Assembly: GCA_944387405.1 (NCBI GenBank)
Contig: CALXET010000002.1
Coordinates: forward strand, 129,316-193,315
Length of the DNA: 64,000 nt
From: an uncultured Clostridia bacterium
GTDB taxonomy: Bacteria; Bacillota; Clostridia; TANB77; CAG-508
Reading direction: 5' to 3'
How positions within the stretch are numbered: the stretch's first letter is position 1; the number at the start of each line of letters is the position of its first letter. The position numbers and the translations under genes were made by a program. The notes beneath the pieces were generated by a model. It was given only the letters and a program-made list of their open reading frames with translations, ran no database searches and was not told the origin of the DNA. Positions 1-9,667 of the stretch are shown piece after piece.

Positions 1-170
1 AAAAAGGAAATTACTATGCACACACACTAAATAACACTGTTGTTGCTCCACCTCGTATGTTAATCGCATTCTTAGAAAATCACTATCAAGAAGATGGTAC
101 AATTACAATTCCTGAAGTTTTATGGCCATATATGGGTGGAACAAAAGAATTAAAACCTAAAAAGAAATAA
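1..170 (+). CDS. serS: seryl-tRNA synthetase, C-terminal end (partial, continues upstream of window)
   Basis: Frame from nt 3 reads ...[39 protein letters not shown]...K*, matching the conserved SerRS C-terminus; stop TAA at 168-170. Confidence 0.7.
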   Translation, partial: KGNYYAHTLNNTVVAPPRMLIAFLENHYQEDGTITIPEVLWPYMGGTKELKPKKK

Positions 171-249
171 AAATAATTCAAATTTAAACTTAAATAAAAA
201 TAGCTATAACCACATTATATTTAAAATATTATAGTTGTAGTAATACAAA

Positions 250-290
250 AATGAATCTATAAGTATATTTATAGATTCATTTTTTATTTA
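250..290 (+). terminator. intrinsic terminator after serS
   Basis: 11-bp perfect stem aatgaatctat/atagattcatt with 9-nt loop, followed by tttttatttattt. Confidence 0.6.
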
Positions 291-396
291 TTTCATAGCT
301 TTTTTCTTATACAACAATTTTAGATTTTTAAAAATTATAAATAAAAAAATAAACCCCTTTGCAGGGGAAAGACTCTAAGTCTTTTTTAGTCGAGTT

Positions 397-651
397 CTAG
401 CTAGGAAGCCCCTCAAAAACGTATGCCCCATCGGCATTTTTCCTAAGAGGACTTAGCTGGCTCGAGTGCGAATCTATAAGATATGCAAACATCTGCCCAT
501 CTCTTTGGAAAACCGCACTTCTTTCAGCATCTGCCTTAGTGAAGTTTACGATGTTAAACTGATACCCCCTACCAAGATATGAAAAGCCAAACGTTTTGAG
601 ATTCTCGATAGCCTTCCTAAGTTCTTGGTCTTCCCTATAAACCTTCATCAT
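397..651 (-). CDS. hypothetical 84-aa protein on higher-GC cassette A
   Basis: ORF with start ATGATG and RBS agaaagg; GC visibly higher than flanks; a TGTTATAAT -10 lies about 100 nt upstream (revcomp of ~735-745); hairpins cccctgcaaagggg and aagacttagagtctt lie just downstream (345-395). Confidence 0.5.
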   Translation of the reverse strand: MMKVYREDQELRKAIENLKTFGFSYLGRGYQFNIVNFTKADAERSAVFQRDGQMFAYLIDSHSSQLSPLRKNADGAYVFEGLPS

Positions 652-848
652 TAGCCTTTCTACTAGACTTTTTACAAGACATTTCTCGTTATGTAGAGAT
701 AAACATTTAATGTCCTTTCTCTATTTTCTTAATCGACTTGCTTAAAATTATAACATAATTTAAATTTTATGTAAAATTGCTCTATCTACATATTTATGTT
801 ATAATACATTTACTATTTTTTATAAAATTTAGAAAGAGAGAAATATTT

Positions 849-1442
849 ATGATAATTAAAAATCCTAAATTTGAAATATCTGCAGTAAGACCTGCTCAAT
901 ATCCAAAAGGAAATTTGCCTGAAATTGTTTTAGTAGGAAAATCAAATGTCGGTAAATCTTCTTTTATAAACACTATGCTTAATAGAAAAAACTTAGCAAG
1001 AACTAGCAATACTCCAGGAAAGACTAGACAAATAAACTTTTATAATATAGATAATAACTTTTACTTTGTTGACTTACCTGGATATGGTTATAGTAAGCTA
1101 TCAAAAGAAGAACAAATCAATATGGGAAAGTTTATAGAAGATTATCTTCAAAAATCGAGAAACATAAAACTAATCATACTTCTTTTAGATATTAGGCACA
1201 AACCAACACCAGATGATCTATTAATGTATAAATATATATTAAAAACTAACTTGCCTTTTATGCTAGTTGCAAACAAAGCTGATAAAATTGCTATAACTAA
1301 AGTTGATTCTGTTATAGAAAATTTAAAAAAAGAACTTGGAATATCTTTTACTACTCTAATTCCATTCTCTTCTGAAAGAAAAATCTATACAGAAAAATCA
1401 TGGGAAATTATAGAAGAATTTTTAAATAATTCAAATATATAA
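849..1442 (+). CDS. engB: ribosome biogenesis GTP-binding protein EngB/YsxC
   Basis: G1 motif GKSNVGKSSFIN, DLPGYGY, NKADK motifs; RBS agaaagagag before ATG at 849 (the ORF track starts earlier at 777 with no RBS); promoter tatgttataat at ~805. Confidence 0.85.
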   Translation: MIIKNPKFEISAVRPAQYPKGNLPEIVLVGKSNVGKSSFINTMLNRKNLARTSNTPGKTRQINFYNIDNNFYFVDLPGYGYSKLSKEEQINMGKFIEDYLQKSRNIKLIILLLDIRHKPTPDDLLMYKYILKTNLPFMLVANKADKIAITKVDSVIENLKKELGISFTTLIPFSSERKIYTEKSWEIIEEFLNNSNI

Positions 1443-1487
1443 ATATTAAAAATATTTAACACAATAAAATTTAAATAAAAAGCAAAA

Positions 1488-1524
1488 ATGAGCTTAAAGA
1501 ATATTTAAGTTCATTTTTGTTTTT
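1488..1524 (+). terminator. intrinsic terminator after engB
   Basis: Hairpin atgagcttaaa-gaatat-tttaagttcat (one G-U) followed by ttttgttttt. Confidence 0.55.
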
Positions 1525-1618
1525 ATTCTATATATTAAGAATTACTCGTTAACATAACTCTTTATTTTTTGCTAATTTTGTGGTATAATTAAAAGTACTT
1601 CAAAGGAGGTATGACTCA

Positions 1619-1822
1619 ATGTTGTATGCAGAGCAAAAAAAGGAAAAGACTTTTAGGTTTGCGTCTAGCAAGACGGCCTACTACGTCGCATTCGAGAAGC
1701 TGGCAACCTTTTGCCACTACTTCGAGTTCGATGTGCAAGGAAGCTGTGTAACTATACCTGCTGGATGCCCTGCCGGAGTTGTTAACACCATGATTCAATA
1801 TGGTGGAACACTTGTGGCATAA
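1619..1822 (+). CDS. hypothetical 67-aa Cys-containing small protein on higher-GC cassette B
   Basis: Strong SD aaggaggt 7 nt before ATG; TGTGGTATAAT extended -10 at ~1589-1599; GC-rich coding sequence; followed by a GC-rich terminator. Confidence 0.55.
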   Translation: MLYAEQKKEKTFRFASSKTAYYVAFEKLATFCHYFEFDVQGSCVTIPAGCPAGVVNTMIQYGGTLVA

Positions 1823-1838
1823 ATTTTTCTTAGGCTCG

Positions 1839-1877
1839 AAGGCGACGCCCCACACTAAGGGCGCCGCCTTTTAATTT
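1839..1877 (+). terminator. intrinsic terminator of cassette B
   Basis: 12-bp GC-rich stem aaggcgacgccc/gggcgccgcctt (one mismatch), loop cacactaa, then ttaattt. Confidence 0.7.
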
Positions 1878-1880
1878 GCT

Positions 1881-2237
1881 TTAAATTCTAAGATCAATCG
1901 AACCATTTCTGATAATACTAATCTCGTATGTTTTGCAAGGTTCCTTTACTTTTACGCTAACCATGGCATCAAAATCAAAAAAAGCAGACATGATTTCGAC
2001 TATAATCACATGTAATTCATCTAGGTCTCCTGCATCAATTGGTTTGATATTTTTTCTCACAAATTCAATCAAATCTCGAGCTTTTTCTTCTTCGATGTAT
2101 TCATTCGAATATAGGGTAAATGATCTCCCATCATCGAACTTGAAATGTCTTTGATACTTTTTTCCCTCTTCTTTTTCCTTCTTGTTAAAATGCCTCATTA
2201 AAAACCGGGTAAAAATCTTACTAAACATTTCTTTCAT
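1881..2237 (-). CDS. hypothetical protein (118 aa), distant paralog of the 2573-2956 product
   Basis: ORF with intermediate GC; shares an FxxDD...YI...E...DxxxDDELxxI pattern with the cassette C protein. Confidence 0.45.
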   Translation of the reverse strand: MKEMFSKIFTRFLMRHFNKKEKEEGKKYQRHFKFDDGRSFTLYSNEYIEEEKARDLIEFVRKNIKPIDAGDLDELHVIIVEIMSAFFDFDAMVSVKVKEPCKTYEISIIRNGSIDLRI

Positions 2238-2339
2238 CCTCCTAAAATTTTTATCTATAATATAATAACATATTTCCTTCTCAAATACAAATAACGAGCC
2301 TATTACAAGGCTCGTTTAATAATTAATTAATTTATTTGT

Positions 2340-2510
2340 TTATTTTTTCTTAATCATTTTTAATGCTTTAGGTCTCTCTACAGTAATTATATGTTCACAT
2401 CCTAAACATTTAAATTTAAAATCAACACCTACTCTTATAATTTGCCATCTATTACTTCCACATGGATGTTTTTTCTTCATTTCTACTATATCACCTATAT
2501 TATACTCCAT
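2340..2510 (-). CDS. DUF951-family small zinc-ribbon-like protein
   Basis: MEYNIGDIVEMKKKHPCGSNRWQIIRVGVDFKFKCLGCEH matches DUF951 (GDIVxMKKxHPCG...CxGC). RBS aaaggtgg precedes ATG at 2510. The ORF-track extension to 2564 reads through the terminator hairpin of the upstream cassette and is probably not translated. Confidence 0.6.
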   Translation of the reverse strand: MEYNIGDIVEMKKKHPCGSNRWQIIRVGVDFKFKCLGCEHIITVERPKALKMIKKK

Positions 2511-2520
2511 ATCTACCACC

Positions 2521-2561
2521 TTTATAAAAAAACATCTGGCACACGCTTTACATGTGCCAGA
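2521..2561 (-). terminator. intrinsic terminator of cassette C, embedded in the apparent 5' extension of the DUF951 ORF
   Basis: Minus-strand hairpin tctggcacatgtaaagcgtgtgccaga followed by tgtttttttat. Confidence 0.6.
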
Positions 2562-2572
2562 CATTTCACAGC

Positions 2573-2956
2573 TTACACCTTACTAAAGAATTTCTTTTTC
2601 ACTGTAATAGTGATTTTCCTTGTTCTCATTTTCACAGGTGCTGATGCCATGATCTCTTTCTCGTCTACGAGGCTCCCCATTTTGTCACCTGACAAAACAA
2701 CACTCGCAAACTTAAGATGCAAGGGCATCTCTTCGGTACAGGTCTTTGTGTAGACTCTTACCTTGTAGGTTTTTCGAAGAATGTCAAGCTCATCATCAAA
2801 CCGTCCATCAGTAAAAGCCTCAAGCAGCTTAACTGCAATGTCTTTTTCAAGCTGCCCTACCCAATCTTCCACTTCAAGCGAAATATACTGCGAATTATAT
2901 AAGTCATCCTTCCGGAACAACTCCGCAGAAAAAACGCTCATAGGTACACTGTTCAT
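2573..2956 (-). CDS. hypothetical 127-aa protein on higher-GC cassette C
   Basis: Higher-GC ORF; SD aaggaggg upstream; TGTGCTATAAT extended -10 on the minus strand at ~2985-2995. Confidence 0.5.
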   Translation of the reverse strand: MNSVPMSVFSAELFRKDDLYNSQYISLEVEDWVGQLEKDIAVKLLEAFTDGRFDDELDILRKTYKVRVYTKTCTEEMPLHLKFASVVLSGDKMGSLVDEKEIMASAPVKMRTRKITITVKKKFFSKV

Positions 2957-3025
2957 TGGATAAAAACCCTCCTTATTAATTAAGAATAGACTTAATTATA
3001 GCACATTTATTTAATTTATTCAACT

Positions 3026-4669
3026 TTACTTACTTGCTCTTTTTAAAACAGATTCCTTGCCAAGTACTTTTAATATTTCATATAAATCAGGAGTATTTGC
3101 CCTACCTGTTATTTTTACTCTAATTACTGTACTTATATCTCCAACATGACCTTTGTATGCATCTGGATTTGCTTTATATTCTTTAACTTCCCTCGCATAT
3201 CCTAGCTCTTCTGATAAATCCTTCATCTTATTAAACCATGTTTGTTTGTCATCATTTTCATCATAATATTTATCAAAATAAGTAGTTACTATCTTCTTAA
3301 TCTCATCTTCGTCAGTTACCTTTTGATACTCATATTCTATGTTTGAAGTTAAAAATCTATCATCAAACATATATATAATTGAATCTTTAACATCAGACCA
3401 TTTAGCAATATCTTTTCTAGGTTTTACATTTCCTCTTTCAATTCCAAAAATTTTTAAAGCATATTCTTTATCTCTATTTAATAATTCATATAAATCTTTA
3501 TCATATGTACTTGCCCAATTTAAAACATCTTCTAAAACTTTTTCAGCTGAATAAGTAGAAATTACTGTTTTTGATACATCTAATAATTTTACCATATCAA
3601 ATAAAGCTCCACTTACTCCCATTTTCTTAATATCAAAATTAAAATCATCTACTGATTTATCTTTATTTCCTTTTTTCCAAGCCTCAAAATTAGAATTTGC
3701 AATATTCATTAAATATTCAATAACTGCTTCTTTTGGAATTCCTTCTTCTCTATAATAACTAACTGCAGCCTCTGGATCTTTTCTTTTACTTAGTTTTCTC
3801 TTATTTCCATCTTCTTCTTTCATTATAGGAGCAATATGTGCATATTTAGGCGCTTTAAATCCTAACATATAAAATAATTGTAAGTGAAGTGGTACTGAAG
3901 CTACCCATTCATCTGCTCTTATTACTAAATTAGTTCTCATTAAATGATCATCTACTGCATGAGCAAAATGATATGTTGGAAGTCCATCTGATTTAATAAT
4001 TACTATATCTTGATCATTTTCTGGAAACTCTATATTACCTTTTATTAAATCTTTATGCTTAATTTTCTTATCTGGATTTCCTGGTGATTTTAATCTTACT
4101 ATATAACTATCACCATTTTTTATTTTTTCTATAGCCATATCTACAGGCATATTTCTACATCTTGTCCATTTTCCATAATATCCTGTTCTTTGTCTTGCTT
4201 TTGTTTGATTTTCTCTTATTTCATTTAAATCTTCTGCAGAACAAAAACATGGATATGCTAGTCCTTTTTCAAGTAAACTTTTAGCATATGCTTGATATAT
4301 TTCTTTTCTTTTACTTTGAATATATGGTCCATAATTTCCATTATCTGTTCCATCTTCATTTAAAGATTCATCTGGTGATAAATCATATTCTTTTAAAGAA
4401 GTTAATATTTCAGATACACCATTTTCTATTTCTCTTTTTTGATCTGTATCTTCTATTCTTACAAAAAATACACCATCAGTTTGTTTTGCCATTTTTTTAG
4501 CAACTAAACTTTGATATAAACCTCCTATATGTACAAATCCTGTTGGGCTTGGTGCAAATCTAGTAACTATAGCACCTTCTTTTAAATTTCTTTCTGGATA
4601 TTTCTCTTCATAATAAGATACATCCTTTGCATCTGGAAATATTAAATCTGCTAATTCTTTATATCCCAT
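3026..4669 (-). CDS. gltX: glutamyl-tRNA synthetase (class I, with insertion domain)
   Basis: HIGH-type motif FAPSPTGFVHIGG, VRIEDTDQKR, KLSKR (KMSKS-type). Start MGYKELADLIF at 4669 with RBS agagaggtag; the ORF-track start at 4744 lacks an RBS. Confidence 0.8.
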   Translation of the reverse strand: MGYKELADLIFPDAKDVSYYEEKYPERNLKEGAIVTRFAPSPTGFVHIGGLYQSLVAKKMAKQTDGVFFVRIEDTDQKREIENGVSEILTSLKEYDLSPDESLNEDGTDNGNYGPYIQSKRKEIYQAYAKSLLEKGLAYPCFCSAEDLNEIRENQTKARQRTGYYGKWTRCRNMPVDMAIEKIKNGDSYIVRLKSPGNPDKKIKHKDLIKGNIEFPENDQDIVIIKSDGLPTYHFAHAVDDHLMRTNLVIRADEWVASVPLHLQLFYMLGFKAPKYAHIAPIMKEEDGNKRKLSKRKDPEAAVSYYREEGIPKEAVIEYLMNIANSNFEAWKKGNKDKSVDDFNFDIKKMGVSGALFDMVKLLDVSKTVISTYSAEKVLEDVLNWASTYDKDLYELLNRDKEYALKIFGIERGNVKPRKDIAKWSDVKDSIIYMFDDRFLTSNIEYEYQKVTDEDEIKKIVTTYFDKYYDENDDKQTWFNKMKDLSEELGYAREVKEYKANPDAYKGHVGDISTVIRVKITGRANTPDLYEILKVLGKESVLKRASK

Positions 4670-4771
4670 ATAATCTACCTCTCTATTCTTCTTTTTATTT
4701 ATAAAATTCAGCTCAATTATACCAAAGCTTCCTTTATTTTTCAATATTTATACGCAAAAGAAGATTAAGAA

Positions 4772-5446
4772 CTAGAAAATATTTTCTAGTTCTTTTAAAT
4801 CTTTTATAACTATATAATCTTTTGCATCTTCTGCTTGTTTTAAATCTCGCGTACCATCTATATCTAAAAGAATTGCTTTCATACCTACTCTATTTGCTCC
4901 AGATATATCTGTACGCTTGTCATCACCAATCATTATACATTCATCTTTGGTTGCTCCAATTTCTTTTAACAAATTATCAAAAGCTTCTTTAAAAGGTTTT
5001 GCACCAATTTCATCTGATCCAAATACTCTTATAAAATATTTATCTAAAGAAAGATTTTTTATTCTCTCTTTTTGTATTCTAGAGTAAAAGTTAGAGAAAA
5101 CATATAGGTTATAACCTTTATTTATTAAATATTCTAATGTCTCTTTTGTAACTAGAGCTTCTCTACAAAACTTGCTTCCTATAACTTCAATTATTTCTTC
5201 CATAAACTCTACCTGAAAATCAGTATCTAATTCTTTATTTACAAAGTCAGTCATATCTTTTAAGTTATAATATATATTTTCTCTTGTAAAATCACAATCA
5301 TAATTTCCAATAGACCTGTATATATCATTATAAAGACTTTCATCATAACCATATTTTTTTAAAACTTTTTTATATTCTAGTTTATCTTCTTCTTCATTTT
5401 TTACAATAGTATTATCTACATCAAATATTATATTTTTTATTTTCAT
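4772..5446 (-). CDS. HAD-superfamily hydrolase
   Basis: Motif I IIFDVDNTIV plus MIGDDKRTDISGA (motif IV-like). Confidence 0.7.
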   Translation of the reverse strand: MKIKNIIFDVDNTIVKNEEEDKLEYKKVLKKYGYDESLYNDIYRSIGNYDCDFTRENIYYNLKDMTDFVNKELDTDFQVEFMEEIIEVIGSKFCREALVTKETLEYLINKGYNLYVFSNFYSRIQKERIKNLSLDKYFIRVFGSDEIGAKPFKEAFDNLLKEIGATKDECIMIGDDKRTDISGANRVGMKAILLDIDGTRDLKQAEDAKDYIVIKDLKELENIF

Positions 5447-5488
5447 TTATTCCCCATTTTTTATTTTTGCTATTTTACTTTTATTTTT

Positions 5489-7381
5489 TTAGACTTCCAT
5501 AATAATTGGTAATATCATTGGATTTCTCTTTGTTTTAGCAAATATATAATCACGTAAACTATCTTTTAATTTTGCTTTTATAGTAGCCCAATCTCTTACA
5601 CCTGATTGTTCTAATTTCTCAATTTCATCTCTTAATACATGTTTTACTTCTTCCATTAGGTTTTCAGATTCTTTAACATAAACAAATCCTCTTGAAATAA
5701 CATCTGGACCTGCTAAAATCTCTCCTGTTGAAGAATCCATAGTAAGAACTACTATAATTAATCCATCTTGTGATAAATGTTGTCTGTCTCTTAAAACAAT
5801 ATTTCCAACATCTCCAACTCCAAGTCCATCAACCATAACTTTACCAAATGGCACTACTCCCGTAAGTTTTGCTTCTTCTTCATTAAGCTCTAAAATTCTA
5901 CCATTAGTCATTAAGAAAATATTTTCTGGTGGAATTCCTACTTTTTTAGCAGTCTCACTATGTGCAATTAATTGTCTATATTCTCCATGAACTGGTATAA
6001 AATATTTAGGTCTTATTAATGAAAGCATTAATTTTTGTTCTTCTTGACATGCGTGACCTGAAACATGTATAGCCTCTAAAGAACTATAAACAACTTCAGC
6101 ACCAATTTTCATTAAATCATCTATAACTTTAGCAACATATTTTTCATTACCTGGAATAGGATTTGCAGAAATAATTACCAAATCATTTGGTGTTATAGTA
6201 ACTTTTTTATGCTCTCCTGCTGCCATTCTAGTTAATGCAGACATTGTCTCTCCTTGGCTCCCAGTTGTAATTATAACTAATTGCTCATCTGGATAATTTT
6301 TAATCATATCAATATCAATAAACACATGGTCTGGGACATTTATATATCCAAGTTCCATAGCAGTATCTATCATATTTATCATACTTCTTCCACATACTGC
6401 AATTTTTCTATTATTTGCTACTGCTGAATTTACTATTTGTTGTACTCTATGAACATTTGAAGCAAATGTTGCAACTACTATCCTTTTTGTACAATTAAAG
6501 AATAATTTATCTAAAACCTCTCCTACAGAACTTTCAGACATAGTATATCCTTTTCTTTCAGAGTTTGTACTATCAGACATAAGTGCTAATACGCCTTTAT
6601 TACCAAGTTCAGCAAGTCTTCCAAAATCCATTTTTTCATCATCTATTGGTGTATAATCTATTTTAAAGTCACCTGTATGAACAACAGTACCTACCGGTGT
6701 GTGTATAGCTAAAGCGACAGCATCAGGAATACTATGACAACTCCTAATAAATTCTACTCTTATTTTTCCAAGTACTATTGTTTGTCCTTGATTTACTATT
6801 TTAAGTTTTGTACTTTTTAATAATTTATGTTCTTCTAATTTATGACTTATTAAACCTGCTGTAAGTTTTGTAGCATAAATTGGAACATTTATTTTACTTA
6901 ATAAATATGGAATAGCTCCTATATGATCTTCATGACCGTGAGTTATTACTAATCCTCTAATTTTTTCTCTATTTTTCTCTAGATAAGTAAAATCTGGTAT
7001 TACTAAATCAATACCAAGCATATCGTCTTCAGGAAATGCTAAACCACAGTCTACAAGTACTATATCATCGCCATATTCAAAAACAGTAATATTTTTACCG
7101 ATTTCTTGGATACCTCCTAAAGGTATTATTTTTAGCTTTTCTTGTTTAAATCTAAAATCTAATTTACCATCATTTTTCTTATTTTTTTGTCCTTTTTGAA
7201 TATTACGAGTATTTGTTGCATTAACATTTTTTCTAACACTTGATTTTTTTATTAATTTAGCATTTTCATTTACATTAGTATTTACATTATTTTTTTCTGA
7301 CTTTGTTACTTTTTCAGTTCTTTTTTTACTCTTCTTTTGAACTGGTTTTACATTATTTACTTTATTTTTATTTTCTTCCAT
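5489..7381 (-). CDS. rnj: ribonuclease J with Lys/Asn-rich N-terminal extension
   Basis: KIIPLGGIQEIGKNITVFEY, HGHEDHIGAIPYL metallo-beta-lactamase/beta-CASP motifs; ~95-aa low-complexity N-terminus. Confidence 0.85.
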   Translation of the reverse strand: MEENKNKVNNVKPVQKKSKKRTEKVTKSEKNNVNTNVNENAKLIKKSSVRKNVNATNTRNIQKGQKNKKNDGKLDFRFKQEKLKIIPLGGIQEIGKNITVFEYGDDIVLVDCGLAFPEDDMLGIDLVIPDFTYLEKNREKIRGLVITHGHEDHIGAIPYLLSKINVPIYATKLTAGLISHKLEEHKLLKSTKLKIVNQGQTIVLGKIRVEFIRSCHSIPDAVALAIHTPVGTVVHTGDFKIDYTPIDDEKMDFGRLAELGNKGVLALMSDSTNSERKGYTMSESSVGEVLDKLFFNCTKRIVVATFASNVHRVQQIVNSAVANNRKIAVCGRSMINMIDTAMELGYINVPDHVFIDIDMIKNYPDEQLVIITTGSQGETMSALTRMAAGEHKKVTITPNDLVIISANPIPGNEKYVAKVIDDLMKIGAEVVYSSLEAIHVSGHACQEEQKLMLSLIRPKYFIPVHGEYRQLIAHSETAKKVGIPPENIFLMTNGRILELNEEEAKLTGVVPFGKVMVDGLGVGDVGNIVLRDRQHLSQDGLIIVVLTMDSSTGEILAGPDVISRGFVYVKESENLMEEVKHVLRDEIEKLEQSGVRDWATIKAKLKDSLRDYIFAKTKRNPMILPIIMEV

Positions 7382-7893
7382 AAAATCTCCCTCTTTATAA
7401 TTGTTTTTTCTTATGTTTATTATAAAAACGCATAAAAAATTAGCTTAAAATAAAACATATTTCTCTTTTAATATATTTTACTTAAACTAATGATTCTAAA
7501 AATATTAAAATATTATTTTATTTCACAACAAATTAAAATTATATTTCAATAAAACAAATATAATATATTAATTTCCATTTTCAATTTTAAATCCGCTCAC
7601 ATACTTTTTATTAATATTATTCCGATCTCTTTTACTTATTATTATCTTATAAAAGATAATATTACATATTATTACGCACTACAAAAAAATTATTTAACTA
7701 CACACCTTTTAAATAATTTAATTAATAATATTTAATTTTTTCCGAACCATTAATTTAAATTTTTATAAAAACATCTCTTTTTTATACCACAAATCTCTAT
7801 ATATGTGGTAACAACTGTAAAATATTATACTATTTTTTATTTACTTTGTCAAATTATTAATCTTCAAAAACCTCATTTTACTTGTATATTACA

Positions 7894-8808
7894 TTATTTT
7901 TCAATATATCTTGCAACCATTATACTCTTGTCAAATCTATTTTCGAAACCAATTTTTAAATAAAAATCATTTACTAATTTCGTTAATAAAACTTTATTAA
8001 AAATTTCTTTTCCATTTGTATATGAAGCGTGCACTATATATCCATCGCCAAAATACATCATAATATGATTCATGTGTATATTTGGATTATGATTTTCATT
8101 TTCCTTATCTATAATTCCAATAATAAAATCTCCTATTTGCATTTTGCTTATATCTATTTTCTCACCAAATTTATCCACAAATTGCACAACTTTTATTTTC
8201 TTCTTAATTGCATCATCTTCTAAAAAAGCATTTGCATAATAATCTCTTGTTACCCAAATATTTGGTTTAAATAGTCCTTTTTTTACTTCTATCTTACTTA
8301 ATCCCTCTCTTACCATATTTTCTTTAAATACTCTGTTTAAAATAGTATTACAAAAAGCAGAACAATCATAAGAATAATATTCTTGAATATTATCATCTTC
8401 ATCTTTTTCATAATATGGAATATTAAAATAACCATTTAGTCTTGTCTTTCCAGATTCATAAAACTTATAATCCAATTTGGCTGAATAAGAATTATTTTGA
8501 TTTAAAATTCTTATAGCTTCATTTATCATTTTAATTTTTCCTTGTTTAGATACATCTTTTATTTTTTTATAATCATTATCTTTTTCATTTATATTCTCAA
8601 TTAATTTTATTTTTTCATCACTCAAACTAGATTTAATTACATATCCATATGATTCTTTATATTTAACTTTACAATAAATTTCATTCTCATCTTTATCTAT
8701 TATATTATTCTCTATTATTTCTACTTCATCATTTACATATAAAATATCAATTACCTCTGATTTTAAATTTACATTTTTTCTTAAAATTGCTTCTCTTACA
8801 ATAAACAA
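7894..8808 (-). CDS. SH3b-domain plus NlpC/P60-like cell-wall peptidase
   Basis: N-terminal SH3b-like region; YSYDCSAFCN (Cys motif) and HIMMYFGDGYIVHAS (His) of NlpC/P60. Confidence 0.55.
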   Translation of the reverse strand: MFIVREAILRKNVNLKSEVIDILYVNDEVEIIENNIIDKDENEIYCKVKYKESYGYVIKSSLSDEKIKLIENINEKDNDYKKIKDVSKQGKIKMINEAIRILNQNNSYSAKLDYKFYESGKTRLNGYFNIPYYEKDEDDNIQEYYSYDCSAFCNTILNRVFKENMVREGLSKIEVKKGLFKPNIWVTRDYYANAFLEDDAIKKKIKVVQFVDKFGEKIDISKMQIGDFIIGIIDKENENHNPNIHMNHIMMYFGDGYIVHASYTNGKEIFNKVLLTKLVNDFYLKIGFENRFDKSIMVARYIEK

Positions 8809-9012
8809 AAAACCACCTCATTATTTCAAAATTTATATTTTAATTTAACTTTTCTTACAACTTAAATATCTTATTAATTTTAATTATTATATCATAAATA
8901 TTATTATTAAAAATTGTAATTAGTATTTTATATTTTAAAGTTTATTTAATTGTTTTATGTAAACTATTGTGCTATAATAAATTAAGGCAACATAGAAAGG
9001 AGGTCACCAGTT

Positions 9013-9480
9013 TTGGATAGACCTGTTTATATACGGAAACTAACCACTGCTGATGCTAAAATTTACAAAAACATTTCTTATGGAGAATCTCTCCATAGAT
9101 ATGTTTCTTTTATGGAAGCAAAAAGCATATCAGAAGCAGAAAGGATCATATCCTTCAACACCTGCCTGTTTTCTACTATGTATGGAATCTTTCGAGCTAG
9201 TGATAACAAGCTAGTTGGAGCTTTAATTACCTCATGGTATGAACCAGACAGTGAGATCACGGTTCACTACTTCATAGGAGAATATTACAGAAGGAAACAC
9301 TATGCTTACGAGTCCCTAATTGTTCTCTCTCGGCTCGTAAAGCAGAAGTACCCCGAAGTAAAGACTCTCTTATTCGAAGTCAGAAAAACTAACAAGGCAA
9401 GTATCGCTCTGCAGAAAGCCTTAGGATCTGAACTTGTGAAGGAAAATGATAAAATTTACTTCTACTATTTATCCGTATAA
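9013..9480 (+). CDS. GNAT-family N-acetyltransferase on higher-GC cassette D (TTG start)
   Basis: Strong SD aaggaggt; TGTGCTATAAT extended -10 at ~8965-8975 with TTGTTT -35 17 nt upstream; GNAT-like C-terminal motif KASIALQKALGSELV; higher GC than flanks. Confidence 0.55.
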   Translation: MDRPVYIRKLTTADAKIYKNISYGESLHRYVSFMEAKSISEAERIISFNTCLFSTMYGIFRASDNKLVGALITSWYEPDSEITVHYFIGEYYRRKHYAYESLIVLSRLVKQKYPEVKTLLFEVRKTNKASIALQKALGSELVKENDKIYFYYLSV

Positions 9481-9482
9481 GC

Positions 9483-9528
9483 CTAGCCCAAGGTTCCCCT
9501 AAAAAGGAGCCCGGGCTTTTCTTTTGTC
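9483..9528 (+). terminator. putative terminator of cassette D
   Basis: GC-rich palindromic segment agcccaagg...gagcccgggc followed by ttttcttttg. Confidence 0.4.
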
Positions 9529-9667
9529 TAATTATTAATATTTTTGTCTTACTATTTTTCTTGAATTTTATATTTTATCATTTTATACTTTTATCATAAC
9601 AATTTTGAATTTATAATTTTATTATTGCTTCTTTCTTGTTTAAAAATACAATAAAAGGAGTGATATT

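Noticed and set aside
1616-1855. Antisense ORFs overlapping real genes on the opposite strand (1616-1855-, 1933-2154+, 3339-3554+, 4288-4500+, 8029-8223+, 9078-9260-, 10280-10465-, 10541-10768-, 14371-14697+, 14571-14939-, 15175-15372+, 19544-19918+, 20039-20398+, 24776-25018+, 33580-33981+, 35170-35397+, 35685-35981+, 36525-36848+, 40056-40322+, 42090-42425+, 47906-48124+, 48847-49107+, 49238-49459+, 50311-50654+, 53399-53719, 58472-58774+, 59262-59490, 61667-62095+, 62261-62518+)
   Set aside because: Each lies inside or antisense to a longer ORF with clear homology or a better RBS. They are low-complexity AT-rich or shadow ORFs without SD sequences.
2511-2564. N-terminal 18 codons of the DUF951 ORF (MSGTCKACARCFFIKVVD)
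   Set aside because: This stretch is exactly the GC-rich hairpin plus U-tract of the upstream cassette terminator. DUF951 homologs start at the internal Met, which has a good RBS.
4670-4771. Possible T-box leader upstream of gltX
   Set aside because: Only about 100 nt of leader, too short for a T-box. No AGAGA or specifier or T-box sequence. The hairpin present is the terminator of the upstream HAD gene.
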